Assembly (NCBI GenBank): GCA_963665235.2
Contig: CAXXLX010000001.1
Span: 1,920,001 to 1,984,000, forward strand
Source of the DNA: Candidatus Poribacteria bacterium
Lineage (GTDB): Bacteria > Poribacteria > WGA-4E > WGA-3G
DNA: 64,000 nt
Reading direction: 5' to 3'
Position numbers and translations under genes: made by a program. The notes below the pieces were generated by a model. That model was not told the DNA's origin, did no database searches, and saw only the letters and a list, made by a program, of their open reading frames with translations. This document shows, piece after piece, positions 47,612 to 57,507 of the stretch (its first letter is position 1; the number at the start of each line of letters is the position of its first letter).

Positions 47612-48697
47612 TTAAACAAAGGGCACCTTCACAATTTTCGCGGGGTGCAGTTTACCCCGAATCTCAATTTCAATGCTTTTTCCAGTGCTTTCAGAAATGG
47701 AAGCGAGACCGATATTGCGTTTTAGACTTGGCGATGGTGCGCCGCTCGTCACTTTACCGATAGGATGACCATCCTGATAGACAGTATACCCGCACCGCGC
47801 GACAGCACGGCCAAGCATTTGAAACCCAACCAATTTTTTGTTTAGCACCCCCTTTTCTCTCTGAAAGGCGAGTGCCTTCTTCCCGATGAATTCTCCCTTA
47901 TCCAGCTTGACGAACCGTCCTAATCCTGCCTCAAACGGTGTTGTCCTGTCGTCCATATCCATGCCGTAAAGACGTAGTCCTGCCTCAAGCCTTAAGGTAT
48001 CGCGTGCACCCAATCCGACCGGTTGTCCACCTGCTTCTATCACAGCTGGATAGAGTGCATTCCATAGATTTTTCGCATCTTTTACCGTAACGTATAACTC
48101 AAAACCGATTTCACCCGTATAGCCGGTTCGGGAAAGTATGACAAGAATTCCTGCAACAACGCAGAATTCAAACCCAAAAAACGGTATTATAGAAACATCT
48201 TCCCCAAGGGCAAGCTGATTCAGAATGTCTATCGATTTTGGGCCTTGCAGTGCTATAAGGGCAATGTTTTGACTACAGTCCTTTATTGTTGCACCTATAT
48301 CATTGTTGACTTTTACCCATGTGAGGTCTTTTTGAATGTTTGCAGCGTTTACCACCAAAGTATAATAATTATCGAAGTGCCTATAAATCAGAATGTCATC
48401 AACGATGCCTCCGCTTTGATTACAGAGGAGCGTATATTGCGTATATCCATCGGTTAATCGACTCACGTCGTTTGTGCAGAGTTTTTGCACCAATTCGTTT
48501 GCACCTTGTCCGCAAACGTCAATTTCTCCCATGTGTGAGAGATCAAACAGGCCAGCAGTTGTTCGGACAGCGAGATGCTCCTTGACAATGCTGCTATATT
48601 GTAGCGGCATCTCCCACCCGCCGAATTCGGTAAATTTGGCATTGAGGGATTTGTGAATCTCGTAAAGGGGTGTTCTTTTCTTCTGTTTCGTCTCCAT
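47612..48697 (-). CDS. gcvT: Glycine cleavage T protein (aminomethyltransferase)
   Basis: FGGWEMPLQY, FDLSHMG, SRTGYTGE, GLGARDTLRLEAG. Confidence 0.97.
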   Translation of the reverse strand: METKQKKRTPLYEIHKSLNAKFTEFGGWEMPLQYSSIVKEHLAVRTTAGLFDLSHMGEIDVCGQGANELVQKLCTNDVSRLTDGYTQYTLLCNQSGGIVDDILIYRHFDNYYTLVVNAANIQKDLTWVKVNNDIGATIKDCSQNIALIALQGPKSIDILNQLALGEDVSIIPFFGFEFCVVAGILVILSRTGYTGEIGFELYVTVKDAKNLWNALYPAVIEAGGQPVGLGARDTLRLEAGLRLYGMDMDDRTTPFEAGLGRFVKLDKGEFIGKKALAFQREKGVLNKKLVGFQMLGRAVARCGYTVYQDGHPIGKVTSGAPSPSLKRNIGLASISESTGKSIEIEIRGKLHPAKIVKVPFV

Positions 48698-48731
48698 GAT
48701 GCAATAACCTCAAACCTTAACACTACGTTCT

Positions 48732-49490
48732 TTATCCTTCCAATCCATAAATACGCGCCAGATTATCACCAAAAATCAATGCTTCCACGTCATCACCGAG
48801 CTCCAACCGTTTTAAGGCATTGATAACCTGAATCGGCCTGTATTCGGGCAAATTAGAGCCGAACACTATCCGTTCCGGGCCGAGGACATCAACCGCTGTT
48901 TTTACCTCTGTCGGCACAACTGTGTTTGGGTCCGTGCCCCAACGCCGATGAAAGCGGAGGATAGTTGTCCCGAGCGAGATGTTCCTATTCGCCTTTGCAA
49001 CAGAGATAGCAGCCGCTAAATCATCCGGAAATCCCATGTGATCCATTATAACCGGGGTTTCTGGCACCCAGCTCGCCACGTTTCCAATTCGATTCGGATG
49101 ACAATTATTCGGACCAGAATGAATCGAAACGATAAGTCCACAGTCACGTGCAGCTTCAACGACAGGCCGAACAATCGGCTCATCTACGTTGTAGTTGTGA
49201 ACTGCGGGCATAAGTTTAATACCGCGCATCCCCCACTGCTCTGCGGCAAGTTTAACCTGTTTGACAGGTTCCGACTCAGTCGGATGCACGAGGGCACAGC
49301 CTAAGGCACGCGGGTTTCCGCGAATGGCATCGGCGAGCTCATCGTTTCGCGGGTCCGGCTGCGTATTCGGCATGATGACTGCTACATCTATGTTGGCTTC
49401 GTCTTCTAAGGCAAGTAGTGCATCTAAATCTAACTTTCCAGAGTCATCGCGAAATTCATCGCTGAGATAGGCTTCAAAATCCCCACGCAT
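48732..49490 (-). CDS. Amidohydrolase-family protein
   Basis: RGIKL, IHSG, DHMG, RIVFGS, IFGDNLAR; start moved to ATG 49490 (AAGGAG). Confidence 0.8.
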   Translation of the reverse strand: MRGDFEAYLSDEFRDDSGKLDLDALLALEDEANIDVAVIMPNTQPDPRNDELADAIRGNPRALGCALVHPTESEPVKQVKLAAEQWGMRGIKLMPAVHNYNVDEPIVRPVVEAARDCGLIVSIHSGPNNCHPNRIGNVASWVPETPVIMDHMGFPDDLAAAISVAKANRNISLGTTILRFHRRWGTDPNTVVPTEVKTAVDVLGPERIVFGSNLPEYRPIQVINALKRLELGDDVEALIFGDNLARIYGLEG

Positions 49491-49558
49491 AAGACCTGCT
49501 CCTTTTTGAACATATACACGAAAATTCCCTTGTAGACGCGCTGACAAGGGGACGGTTT

Positions 49559-50581
49559 TTACGGGTTCGCAAGTTGTTCATCGATGAGAATTATACCATT
49601 CTGTTCCTCCGTTTCAAACGGCACCGTTTCCGCTGTTAAGGCGTTACGGTATTGTGTGTGTGCTGATTGTGCCGCTTCAGCTGTGGGAAAACGGAGGATG
49701 AAAACAATTCTCGTGTCAGCCAAGCTTGCTGCATCGCTATTTTTATAGTGTGCGGAAACGCCAATCGTCTTATCCATCAATTGTGGAATATTCTGGGGTA
49801 AAGTCTTGGACAGTTGGCGCAATACCGAATTGGTTGTGAACAGTTTTTCACTTCCAGTGACATATCGACTGGGCAGCAATTTTAGAAGTGGTATTTTTTG
49901 CGGTGTATCCTGAATACGTTTCGCAGTAGCACGTGCCAACGCGACCATACCGTTCCGAATCCCGGTAGCGATTTCGTACCCCTCTATTTGGATAAAGTAT
50001 TTGCCTTTCCAAAATCGGAGATATTTCCCTGAAATAATTGCTTTGCTGCCAACCCATTCAAATTTTGCTTGTGGATAGTTGTGGAAACTGTAGATGCCGA
50101 AAGCATTTTCAGGGGTGCCCATATCGAAAACTTCTAGCAGGATGAGTGGGGTTGAACCGAACTTCGGAGTCTGGTATTCCACCTCTGCTTGTTTTCGGAA
50201 TCCGTAATTGTGGTAAAGTTCTGGCGATACCACCCGGTCGCGATAGAGCCGCTTCCCTTGATATGTTGTTGGTGCTCGGACACGTTCCCAATCTTGAACT
50301 GCTTTCGGTAAAAGCGTCTCCGGTTCAGAAATTGTGATAATTGGAAGAAACGTGTCCATTGCAGCCTGTGAGGGGTCATTACGTTTCGCTGCTTCAGCAA
50401 TTCTTTCGGAGACCGATGCGACTGTTTGTTTAGCTACCTTTGCCGTGGGGGCTTTCCAGACACCATAGATGTACATAGCCTCTTGGTTAACAGCAGTGAA
50501 GTTTCGGTGTTCCTGTTGACAGGAAAGGAGAATCACGATTAAAAAAAGAGGGAGCCAGAGTATGTTACGGAGTTTCATCAA
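49559..50581 (-). CDS. Hypothetical lipoprotein (DUF6599-like)
   Basis: Lipobox LLSC; EVFDMGTPENAFGIYS, FWKGKYFIQI. Confidence 0.65.
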   Translation of the reverse strand: MMKLRNILWLPLFLIVILLSCQQEHRNFTAVNQEAMYIYGVWKAPTAKVAKQTVASVSERIAEAAKRNDPSQAAMDTFLPIITISEPETLLPKAVQDWERVRAPTTYQGKRLYRDRVVSPELYHNYGFRKQAEVEYQTPKFGSTPLILLEVFDMGTPENAFGIYSFHNYPQAKFEWVGSKAIISGKYLRFWKGKYFIQIEGYEIATGIRNGMVALARATAKRIQDTPQKIPLLKLLPSRYVTGSEKLFTTNSVLRQLSKTLPQNIPQLMDKTIGVSAHYKNSDAASLADTRIVFILRFPTAEAAQSAHTQYRNALTAETVPFETEEQNGIILIDEQLANP

Positions 50582-50820
50582 AATCTTCGGACTGGAAACC
50601 GCTGAATTTATTCAGAGGCGGAAAGCCCATCTCCTATCTTTTTCACAAACTCTCGAAGGGTTGTCGGCTAAGAGACGTTTGAAGATTGTAAAATTTGTGA
50701 AATCTCCCAACCCCCTTGACTGAAGCCCAAAGACTGAATACCATTCCCCTGAAAACTGACAGCAATCGCCCGCCGGTTGAACGAAGAGAAACCCGAAACA
50801 CATACCGGTTTATGACAGCA

Positions 50821-51444
50821 CTACCACTGTTCTGCAAGTTGAGTGTAAAGGTCTTCAATGAGTTCGTCAATTAACCGTTTTCTTGCCTGTTCCTCTGTTT
50901 CTGGTGGTTCCGCTCGGTTCGGGACGACATAAAAGTCATGTATTTGGACGTGGTTATTCGATTCAGCGATAATTGCATCCCTGACTCTATCCAGGAATTC
51001 GTATTCAACCTGTAGGCTCATTCGCACCATCTCAACCTGTCCATTTGGTCCGTATTCCTGTTCTCGTAACGTGTAATCGAGTATTTTCAGGGTAAGTTGC
51101 GAATCGTTGCCATCTTGCCATTTTCGATTGAACCGCTCCGTGAGTTTTTCCTGAATGATTTCATCGTAAGGACGTTGCGCGGTTTCATCGTAAAGAATAT
51201 CAGTATCTTGTATCTCAACTGGGGGGATGCGTATACTTTCAATATGTTCGAGATATGATGAGGTAGAGACATATCCACACCCCACTATCAAGCTGAGTGC
51301 GGCAAGGCTGCAGAGGGTTAGCAGTGTTAAAACGGTAAAGCCGCGGTAAAGTGGGGCACGCCGCCATTTTGTTGGAATGAGTTTAAGGGGCTCTGGACCG
51401 AGAGGCAGCCTTTCGGTCCCTCGGTTTATCCGTTTGATGTGCAT
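50821..51444 (-). CDS. LptE-like lipoprotein (start uncertain)
   Basis: LIVGCGY lipobox; IESIRIPP..; terminal helix ending W. Confidence 0.6.
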   Translation of the reverse strand: MHIKRINRGTERLPLGPEPLKLIPTKWRRAPLYRGFTVLTLLTLCSLAALSLIVGCGYVSTSSYLEHIESIRIPPVEIQDTDILYDETAQRPYDEIIQEKLTERFNRKWQDGNDSQLTLKILDYTLREQEYGPNGQVEMVRMSLQVEYEFLDRVRDAIIAESNNHVQIHDFYVVPNRAEPPETEEQARKRLIDELIEDLYTQLAEQW

Positions 51445-51445
51445 G

Positions 51446-51775
51446 TTACCTACCATTAATCTGGAAAGAGTCAAAAGGGGTCTGGTATCTGACGCGGGAC
51501 GCTCTAGGGCGTTGTGGTTCCGGTTTCGATTCCTTTCCATAAAACAGGACTTTTGCGTAAGTGACGACCTGTTTTTTTACCGATGGAATTGATAACGTTA
51601 CAAAGACAGCGACAAGTAAGATAAGAATAAATACCAGGAAACGGGTCATCCATTTTTGAGAAAGCACGTCCCCTTTAGCTTCCTTACTCCGTCGTTTCGC
51701 TCTCCTGTTTGAGGTTCTCATTGGGCTCACCTTCGGCGTTTTGTCGTAGGGGTTTTCCCCCGTGTAGTGCGGCAC
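51446..51775 (-). CDS. Hypothetical single-TM protein
   Basis: Basic region then FLVFILILLVAVFVTL helix; 5' end unclear. Confidence 0.45.
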   Translation of the reverse strand: MPHYTGENPYDKTPKVSPMRTSNRRAKRRSKEAKGDVLSQKWMTRFLVFILILLVAVFVTLSIPSVKKQVVTYAKVLFYGKESKPEPQRPRASRVRYQTPFDSFQINGR

Positions 51776-51976
51776 AGTTTTGCTTTTGTTTCACACACAA
51801 CTGTTTTTTCGGGGGCCCAGGTTTAGTTCTGTTCTCTGTGTGGTCAGTTGTGCTATTGGTGCCAGATGGCAAAGCATGAAAATCGTGCTTTGCCATTTCT
51901 GGACCAACGCGCCTCCTATCATCAAATTAGGGATTAAGCGGATATTGATATCCGCCTGATATTCGGCAGCTCCTCC

Positions 51977-54289
51977 CTAAAACCTACCCTTTGGAATACG
52001 TGGTGAGCGCCGATTTCGGAGGTCGCGTGAACTGTCGCGCTGCTGGTCGTACCTGTTATTACGCCGGTCCCGATTATCCCGATTGTCTCGCGTATCTCGA
52101 TAGGAGCGGCCCTCTCGATAGGGGCGGTTTCCTCGCTCCCGGGGCTCACGCGATTCATTCGGTTCACGTTCCCAGTCTCCCCCTGAGGTGTCAAGCTCCT
52201 CAAGGGGTACACCACCTGCAGCAACGAGCGACAGGTCAATTCTGCCCTGGTCATCAATTGTCAAGATTCGGACTGTGACTTCATCCCCAACCTTCATCAC
52301 ATCTTCAGCGCGGCGGACATACCCGTCCCCCATCTGTGAGATATGTACCAGTCCATCTTTTCCGGGCAAGATTTCTACAAATGCCCCAAAGGCTGCCGTT
52401 CGGACAACTTTGCCGGTATATTCTTTTCCAATCTCCGGCATTGCGGTAACCTGGCGTATCATTTCTTCTGCCTGTTTGACATCTTCTGCACTTGTCGAGG
52501 CGATTTCAACGGTGCCATCATCGTCAATATTAATGGTCGTGTTGGTTTCCTCCTGAATACCTTGTACAGTTTTGCCTCGGGGGCCAATAAGGTCTTTAAT
52601 CTTCTGCGTAGGAATTTGGATTGAGTGGATGCGTGGTGCATAAGGTGACAATTCTGCGCGCGGCTCCGCTATAATAGACTTCATGCGTTCAAGCACAGCG
52701 AGCCGTGCCTCTTTCGCCTGATGAATAGCACGGCGCATCAGTTCAGGGGTAACACCATCAATTTTGATGTCCATCTGCACCGCTGTTATGCCTTCCGTGG
52801 TACCAGCGACTTTGAAATCCATATCGCCGAGGAAATCCTCCGTACCGAGCATATCTGTCAACACAACCTCTTGGTCGTTTTCTTTGATTAACCCGACCCC
52901 GATACCAGCAACATGCCGTTTCAGCGGAACCCCAGCATCTAAGAGGGCAAGGGTTGCGCCACAGACAGTTGCCATTGAAGAGGAGGCATTTGATTCCAAT
53001 ATCTCCGCGACGATGCGGATAGTGTAATGGAATTCCTCTTTATTCGGAATGAGCGGTTCCAACGCTTTTTGTGCCAATGCACCGTGTCCGATTTCCCGCC
53101 GCCCAGGGCCCATCATTCGCTTAACCTCACCCGTGCTATAGGGCGGAAAATTGTAGTGTAAAAAGAACGGCCGGCGGATTTCACCATCCAATCCGCGCTG
53201 GACATCCTCATCGCCAGAGGTACCGAGCGTTGCGACACAAAGTGCCTGCGTTTGACCACGTGTAAAGAGAGCGGACCCGTGTGTTCTCGGCAGCAGGGCA
53301 ACCTCCCCTGAAATCGCCCGAATATCTGTAATGCCACGTCCATCAACACGTTTCCCTTCAACCAAAATCGACTTTCGCATCTCCTCTTTTTCTATATCGC
53401 TCAAAATGGAACGCGCATCCTTTTCTATACCGATGTCAATTTCTTCAACAGCTTCGTCCTGAATCTCGGAGAGAATCTCCGTTTGAATCTGTTCAAGATA
53501 GTCTTCACGGAGTTGTTTGTCAGCCATCCCGATGGATTCCCGAATTCGAGTCGTAGCTAAGGCACGAATACGCTCGTTCAGCGTCTCCTCCACAGTTTTT
53601 GCCGCATACTCACGTTTGGTTTGGCTACAAACGGCAGAAAGGCCCTCTTGTAGTTTGATAACCTCTTTTATTTCTTCATGTGCCGTGATGATAGTATCGA
53701 TGATTTCGTCTTCCGGAATCTCATGCCCTCCCCCTTCAACGGACATAACGGCATCCGATTTTCCACTGACGAAAAGCTCCATCTCAGATTTATGTAACTC
53801 CTCATAGCTCGGGTTGATAACCAATTTACCGTCTACCTTGCCAACAGTCACAGCGGCAACCGGACCGTTGAACGGAATATCGGAAACCGATAAAGCGGCA
53901 GAGGTCCCAATTAAAGCCGGAACATCCGCGGGGTGAACGCCATCTGAAGATAACACAGTACAAAGCACCTGCACTTCAGCCTTAAATTCCTTCGGAAAAA
54001 GTGGACGAATACAGTGATCGATAAGCCGTGCCACGAGTTGTTCAGATGTCCCAGGGCGGGGTTCACGCCGTCCGTATACCGTCGGGATGCGGCCGCCAGC
54101 ATAAGCTCGCTCTCTGTAATCTACTGTCAAAGGAAAAAAATCTAAATCGCTTTCGTTATCATCTGCTACCACAGTTACTAAGACAACTGTTCCACCGTAT
54201 TGTACCCAAACGGCCCCGTCTGCCTGTTTAGCAACCTTCCCTGTTTCAATCGATAGTTTTTCGCTTCCGAGTTGCATTTCAACTTTCAC
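51977..54289 (-). CDS. pnp: Polyribonucleotide nucleotidyltransferase
   Basis: FFPLTVDYRE, RREIGHG, GDMDFKVAG, KH and S1 domains. Confidence 0.97.
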   Translation of the reverse strand: MKVEMQLGSEKLSIETGKVAKQADGAVWVQYGGTVVLVTVVADDNESDLDFFPLTVDYRERAYAGGRIPTVYGRREPRPGTSEQLVARLIDHCIRPLFPKEFKAEVQVLCTVLSSDGVHPADVPALIGTSAALSVSDIPFNGPVAAVTVGKVDGKLVINPSYEELHKSEMELFVSGKSDAVMSVEGGGHEIPEDEIIDTIITAHEEIKEVIKLQEGLSAVCSQTKREYAAKTVEETLNERIRALATTRIRESIGMADKQLREDYLEQIQTEILSEIQDEAVEEIDIGIEKDARSILSDIEKEEMRKSILVEGKRVDGRGITDIRAISGEVALLPRTHGSALFTRGQTQALCVATLGTSGDEDVQRGLDGEIRRPFFLHYNFPPYSTGEVKRMMGPGRREIGHGALAQKALEPLIPNKEEFHYTIRIVAEILESNASSSMATVCGATLALLDAGVPLKRHVAGIGVGLIKENDQEVVLTDMLGTEDFLGDMDFKVAGTTEGITAVQMDIKIDGVTPELMRRAIHQAKEARLAVLERMKSIIAEPRAELSPYAPRIHSIQIPTQKIKDLIGPRGKTVQGIQEETNTTINIDDDGTVEIASTSAEDVKQAEEMIRQVTAMPEIGKEYTGKVVRTAAFGAFVEILPGKDGLVHISQMGDGYVRRAEDVMKVGDEVTVRILTIDDQGRIDLSLVAAGGVPLEELDTSGGDWEREPNESREPRERGNRPYREGRSYRDTRDNRDNRDRRNNRYDQQRDSSRDLRNRRSPRIPKGRF

Positions 54290-54330
54290 TAAATATCCTC
54301 CTCATACACAAAATGCTTACGGTGGTATAC

Positions 54331-54621
54331 TTAACTTCTTCGTGAACCGATAGTGTCACGGATTCCAAGTGCATCGATTAAACGGTAATATCGCGGGACA
54401 TCTTTTTTATAGAGATATTTTAACAAACGCCGCTGCTTCCCTACTAATCGATAAAGTCCATGTCGGGAGTGATAATCTTTTCTATGTATCTGAAAATGTT
54501 CCGTTAGTTCCTGAATGCGCGCGTTTAAAACCGCGACTTGTGCCTCCGGCGACCCTGTGTCCCGAGCGTGCACTTGGTATTTTTGTATCAATTCCTGCTT
54601 CTGTGCTGCATCAATTGCCAA
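54331..54621 (-). CDS. rpsO: 30S ribosomal protein S15
   Basis: [19 protein letters not shown]; TTG start after GGAGGT. Confidence 0.96.
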   Translation of the reverse strand: MAIDAAQKQELIQKYQVHARDTGSPEAQVAVLNARIQELTEHFQIHRKDYHSRHGLYRLVGKQRRLLKYLYKKDVPRYYRLIDALGIRDTIGSRRS

Positions 54622-54667
54622 TCAAATTCACCTCCTTCTCTGTATCCAATTAAACTTAGTTGAATTA

Positions 54668-54696
54668 ATTATACCACATATTAAACAAAATTTCAA
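54668..54696 (-). promoter_or_regulatory. Sigma70-type promoter of rpsO-pnp
   Basis: TTGAAA-N17-TATAAT with extended TG. Confidence 0.65.
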
Positions 54697-54723
54697 ATTA
54701 ATTTATTCTAATCTTTTTATTTC

Positions 54724-55668
54724 TCACAGTTCATCTGTTTTTTCACAGGAAGTAAGGATTTTACGAACAGCAGCAATATCTCTCTGAATCTGCTGAATGA
54801 GTGCGTCCGGGTTCGAGAATTTTCGCTCACCCCGGATTTTTTCAATGAAGAAAACCTCCACGGTGGCACCGTATACTGTCTCATCAAAGTCAAAAAAATG
54901 ACCCTCTATTTGGAATTTTGTGCCATCAAACGTAGGACGATTTCCAACGTTTAACACACCATCTAACCATCTATCCCCTAATTTTGCGCGAATAGCGTAA
55001 ACCCCATTCGGTGGACACAGTTGTTCCCCCGGGTCTATATTTGCAGTCGGCGACCCGAGTTGTCTGCCGCGCCCATCGCCACGAACGATAGGACCGATAA
55101 GCGAATAGGTGCGCCCGAGAAGTTGCGCAGCTAAACCGAGGTCCCCCGCCGCAATTGCCTCCCGAATACGCGTACTATGAACAGGTGAACCTTCGAATTG
55201 GGTCGCAGGAACAATCGTCACCCCAAATCCAGTCGCCTCCCCGATAGCCTTCAAACGTTGTGCATTGCCCTCCCGGTCCTTTCCAAACTGACATGCATAA
55301 CCGACGACCACATGCTTCGCACGACACAACCCAACTAAAATACGATTCGCAAAGGTATCCGGAGACATCGAAGCGATGTGTTTATCAAACCTAACAAAAA
55401 TTGCTATATCCACCCCAAATTGCTCAAGGATTTCGACACGTTTCGGAAGAGACATTAATATAGGCGGACACTTCTCCGGCGAAAGAAACGCCAAAGGATG
55501 TGGATAGAACCCAAACAGAACACTTGTCCGTTTATCCGCATCGGCACGCTGGCAAACTGTCTTAAGCAGGGATTGATGTCCAATATGCATCCCATCGAAC
55601 ACACCGAAAGTGACTACCGAGTCCTGTGTCAATTTCGGGACAGATTCCAAATTATAAAAGGTTTCCAA
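54724..55668 (-). CDS. ribF: Bifunctional riboflavin kinase/FAD synthetase
   Basis: GVFDGMHIGH, STRIR, GRQLGSPTAN, GNRPTF. Confidence 0.95.
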   Translation of the reverse strand: METFYNLESVPKLTQDSVVTFGVFDGMHIGHQSLLKTVCQRADADKRTSVLFGFYPHPLAFLSPEKCPPILMSLPKRVEILEQFGVDIAIFVRFDKHIASMSPDTFANRILVGLCRAKHVVVGYACQFGKDREGNAQRLKAIGEATGFGVTIVPATQFEGSPVHSTRIREAIAAGDLGLAAQLLGRTYSLIGPIVRGDGRGRQLGSPTANIDPGEQLCPPNGVYAIRAKLGDRWLDGVLNVGNRPTFDGTKFQIEGHFFDFDETVYGATVEVFFIEKIRGERKFSNPDALIQQIQRDIAAVRKILTSCEKTDEL

Positions 55669-55733
55669 AATTAATCTCCAAGAGTCAGCATCTTAGACAG
55701 TCGGATTTCTCAGCGGAATAGGCTTCAGTCTTT

Positions 55734-56735
55734 TTAAGTTACACCGATATCTTCACAAGTTGGGGTTTGGATATGCCGTTTGGCACTTTCCACAAGCGCG
55801 GTGATTGCGGAAGTACATGGCAACTCAATACGACATCCAGCAGCACGCTCATGCCCCCCACCATCGAATTCTGAGGCAAGTGCTGCCACATTAACACTGC
55901 CTTCACTGCGCAAGCTAATTTTCGCGTTGCCATCGGGCATTTCGCAAACACAGATAGCAACCTCAACACTCTCAATCGCCTGAATCTGGTTCACGAACCC
56001 CTCAACGTCATCCACTGTTGTCCCTGTTTTGTCGAACATGGATTGCGTAACCAAAACCCACGCTATTTTTCCATCCGGGGTCAGCTTTAAGGTTTGAAGG
56101 GTTTGGCTCAGCAGGCGAATCTTCCCCAGCGGCACCTGTTCATAGACATGACGGTAGACCTCATCCGGGGCAAAATCACCGATTTCAATCAAATCCGCTG
56201 CGATTCGATGCGTTTCCGGTGTTGCGTTGCTGTAACGAAAACAGCCTGTGTCGAACATGAGACCGGTGTAGAGACACACCGCACAAGCTTTGTCTATCGG
56301 GATACCTGTGAATTTAATAAACTTGTAGATAATCTCACATGTTGACGAGGCGGAGGGGACAATGAGGTTGTAGTCGCCAAACGGTTCTGCGGTGACATGA
56401 TGGTCTATATTTAGGACGCTCTCTGTCGGAATCAGGTGTCTGCACAGAAATGCCCCAATGCGTTCGCGCGAGCTTGCATCTAAAATGACCAACACCTCTG
56501 GCGTGTACCCCGCAAACGCTTGTGCACTTTCAATACGCTCCCAATTCGGCAGAAATTGGTATTTTTTTGGAACCGGGTCGGTATTAAAGATTTTCACAGT
56601 TTTTCCTAAGCTTTCAAGAAACAGGGCCACCCCTAATTCAGAGCCGAGCGCATCTCCATCCGGATTGATGTGCGTGGAAATTGCAAACGTCTGATACTGT
56701 TCAAATAGGGTGAGAAGTGCACGATAACTATCCAT
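55734..56735 (-). CDS. nrnA: DHH/DHHA1 phosphoesterase (NrnA-like)
   Basis: HINPDGDALGS, IDHH, DTGCF, GGGHERAAG; start moved to ATG 56735. Confidence 0.88.
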   Translation of the reverse strand: MDSYRALLTLFEQYQTFAISTHINPDGDALGSELGVALFLESLGKTVKIFNTDPVPKKYQFLPNWERIESAQAFAGYTPEVLVILDASSRERIGAFLCRHLIPTESVLNIDHHVTAEPFGDYNLIVPSASSTCEIIYKFIKFTGIPIDKACAVCLYTGLMFDTGCFRYSNATPETHRIAADLIEIGDFAPDEVYRHVYEQVPLGKIRLLSQTLQTLKLTPDGKIAWVLVTQSMFDKTGTTVDDVEGFVNQIQAIESVEVAICVCEMPDGNAKISLRSEGSVNVAALASEFDGGGHERAAGCRIELPCTSAITALVESAKRHIQTPTCEDIGVT

Positions 56736-56736
56736 G

Positions 56737-57114
56737 TTAACTATCTGATACTGAACTTGTGTTGCCTTCCTCCTCAGACTCAAGCTGCTTGAGGAGGTCA
56801 TCTATCTTCATGAGGTGGTCAACAGATTCATCTAAACTAAAACGAAACTCTGGGGAATAGCGGAGTGCTAAACCTCGACTTACTTCCCGTCTGATAAACC
56901 CCGCAGCACTTTTGAGCCCATCCAGCACTTCTGTTCTTCGCTGCCTATCGCCAATAACGCTTACCTTCACATCAACGTATTTCAGGTCAGCGGATACCTC
57001 TAAATACGTAACAGTGCACAAAGCGAGCCTCGGGTCTTTAACAGAACGTTGAAGGACGTTGCTCAACTCCCGCTGGATAAGGGCACCGACCCGGTCCTGT
57101 CTTCTATTTTCCAT
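56737..57114 (-). CDS. rbfA: Ribosome-binding factor A
   Basis: KDPRL, VSADLKY, LRYSPEFRF. Confidence 0.95.
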   Translation of the reverse strand: MENRRQDRVGALIQRELSNVLQRSVKDPRLALCTVTYLEVSADLKYVDVKVSVIGDRQRRTEVLDGLKSAAGFIRREVSRGLALRYSPEFRFSLDESVDHLMKIDDLLKQLESEEEGNTSSVSDS

Positions 57115-57187
57115 TATTTTATCTTTTCCTTTCGTCCAGAGGATATCATGTGTTCAAGAGCGCGTAATTTGTTGTCACTAAACCGTT

Positions 57188-57472
57188 TTAGTAGAAGAAT
57201 TCTGTCTCGTAATCAACCATTACCACAGATGGATTTTTCTCAATAAATTTAACGGTCTGCGACACGATTCGCTGCACATGTTTGATGTCGTTCGCAACAG
57301 AAACTGCCCCTAAAACTGTGGATTGATGTACATCGAGTGCCTCAATTTCAGCAATCCCGATGTTAAATCGGTTTCTGAGACGCGCAATTAAACTTTTGAT
57401 AACCCTGCGTTTCTCTTTGAGCGACTGGCACTCTGGGAGATACAACTTGATTTTACAAGTGCCGATGTGCAT
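57188..57472 (-). CDS. DUF503 (YlxP-like) protein
   Basis: SLKEKRRVIKSLIARLRNRFNI; conserved position after infB. Confidence 0.88.
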   Translation of the reverse strand: MHIGTCKIKLYLPECQSLKEKRRVIKSLIARLRNRFNIGIAEIEALDVHQSTVLGAVSVANDIKHVQRIVSQTVKFIEKNPSVVMVDYETEFFY

Positions 57473-57507
57473 GCCGACCTACTTATTAAAATACCTGAAA
57501 ACTACAA

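Noticed and set aside
50582-50820. Intergenic region with tttcacaaa/tttgtgaaa inverted pair and short ORFs
   Set aside because: Short AT-rich match and no recognisable riboswitch or coding signal
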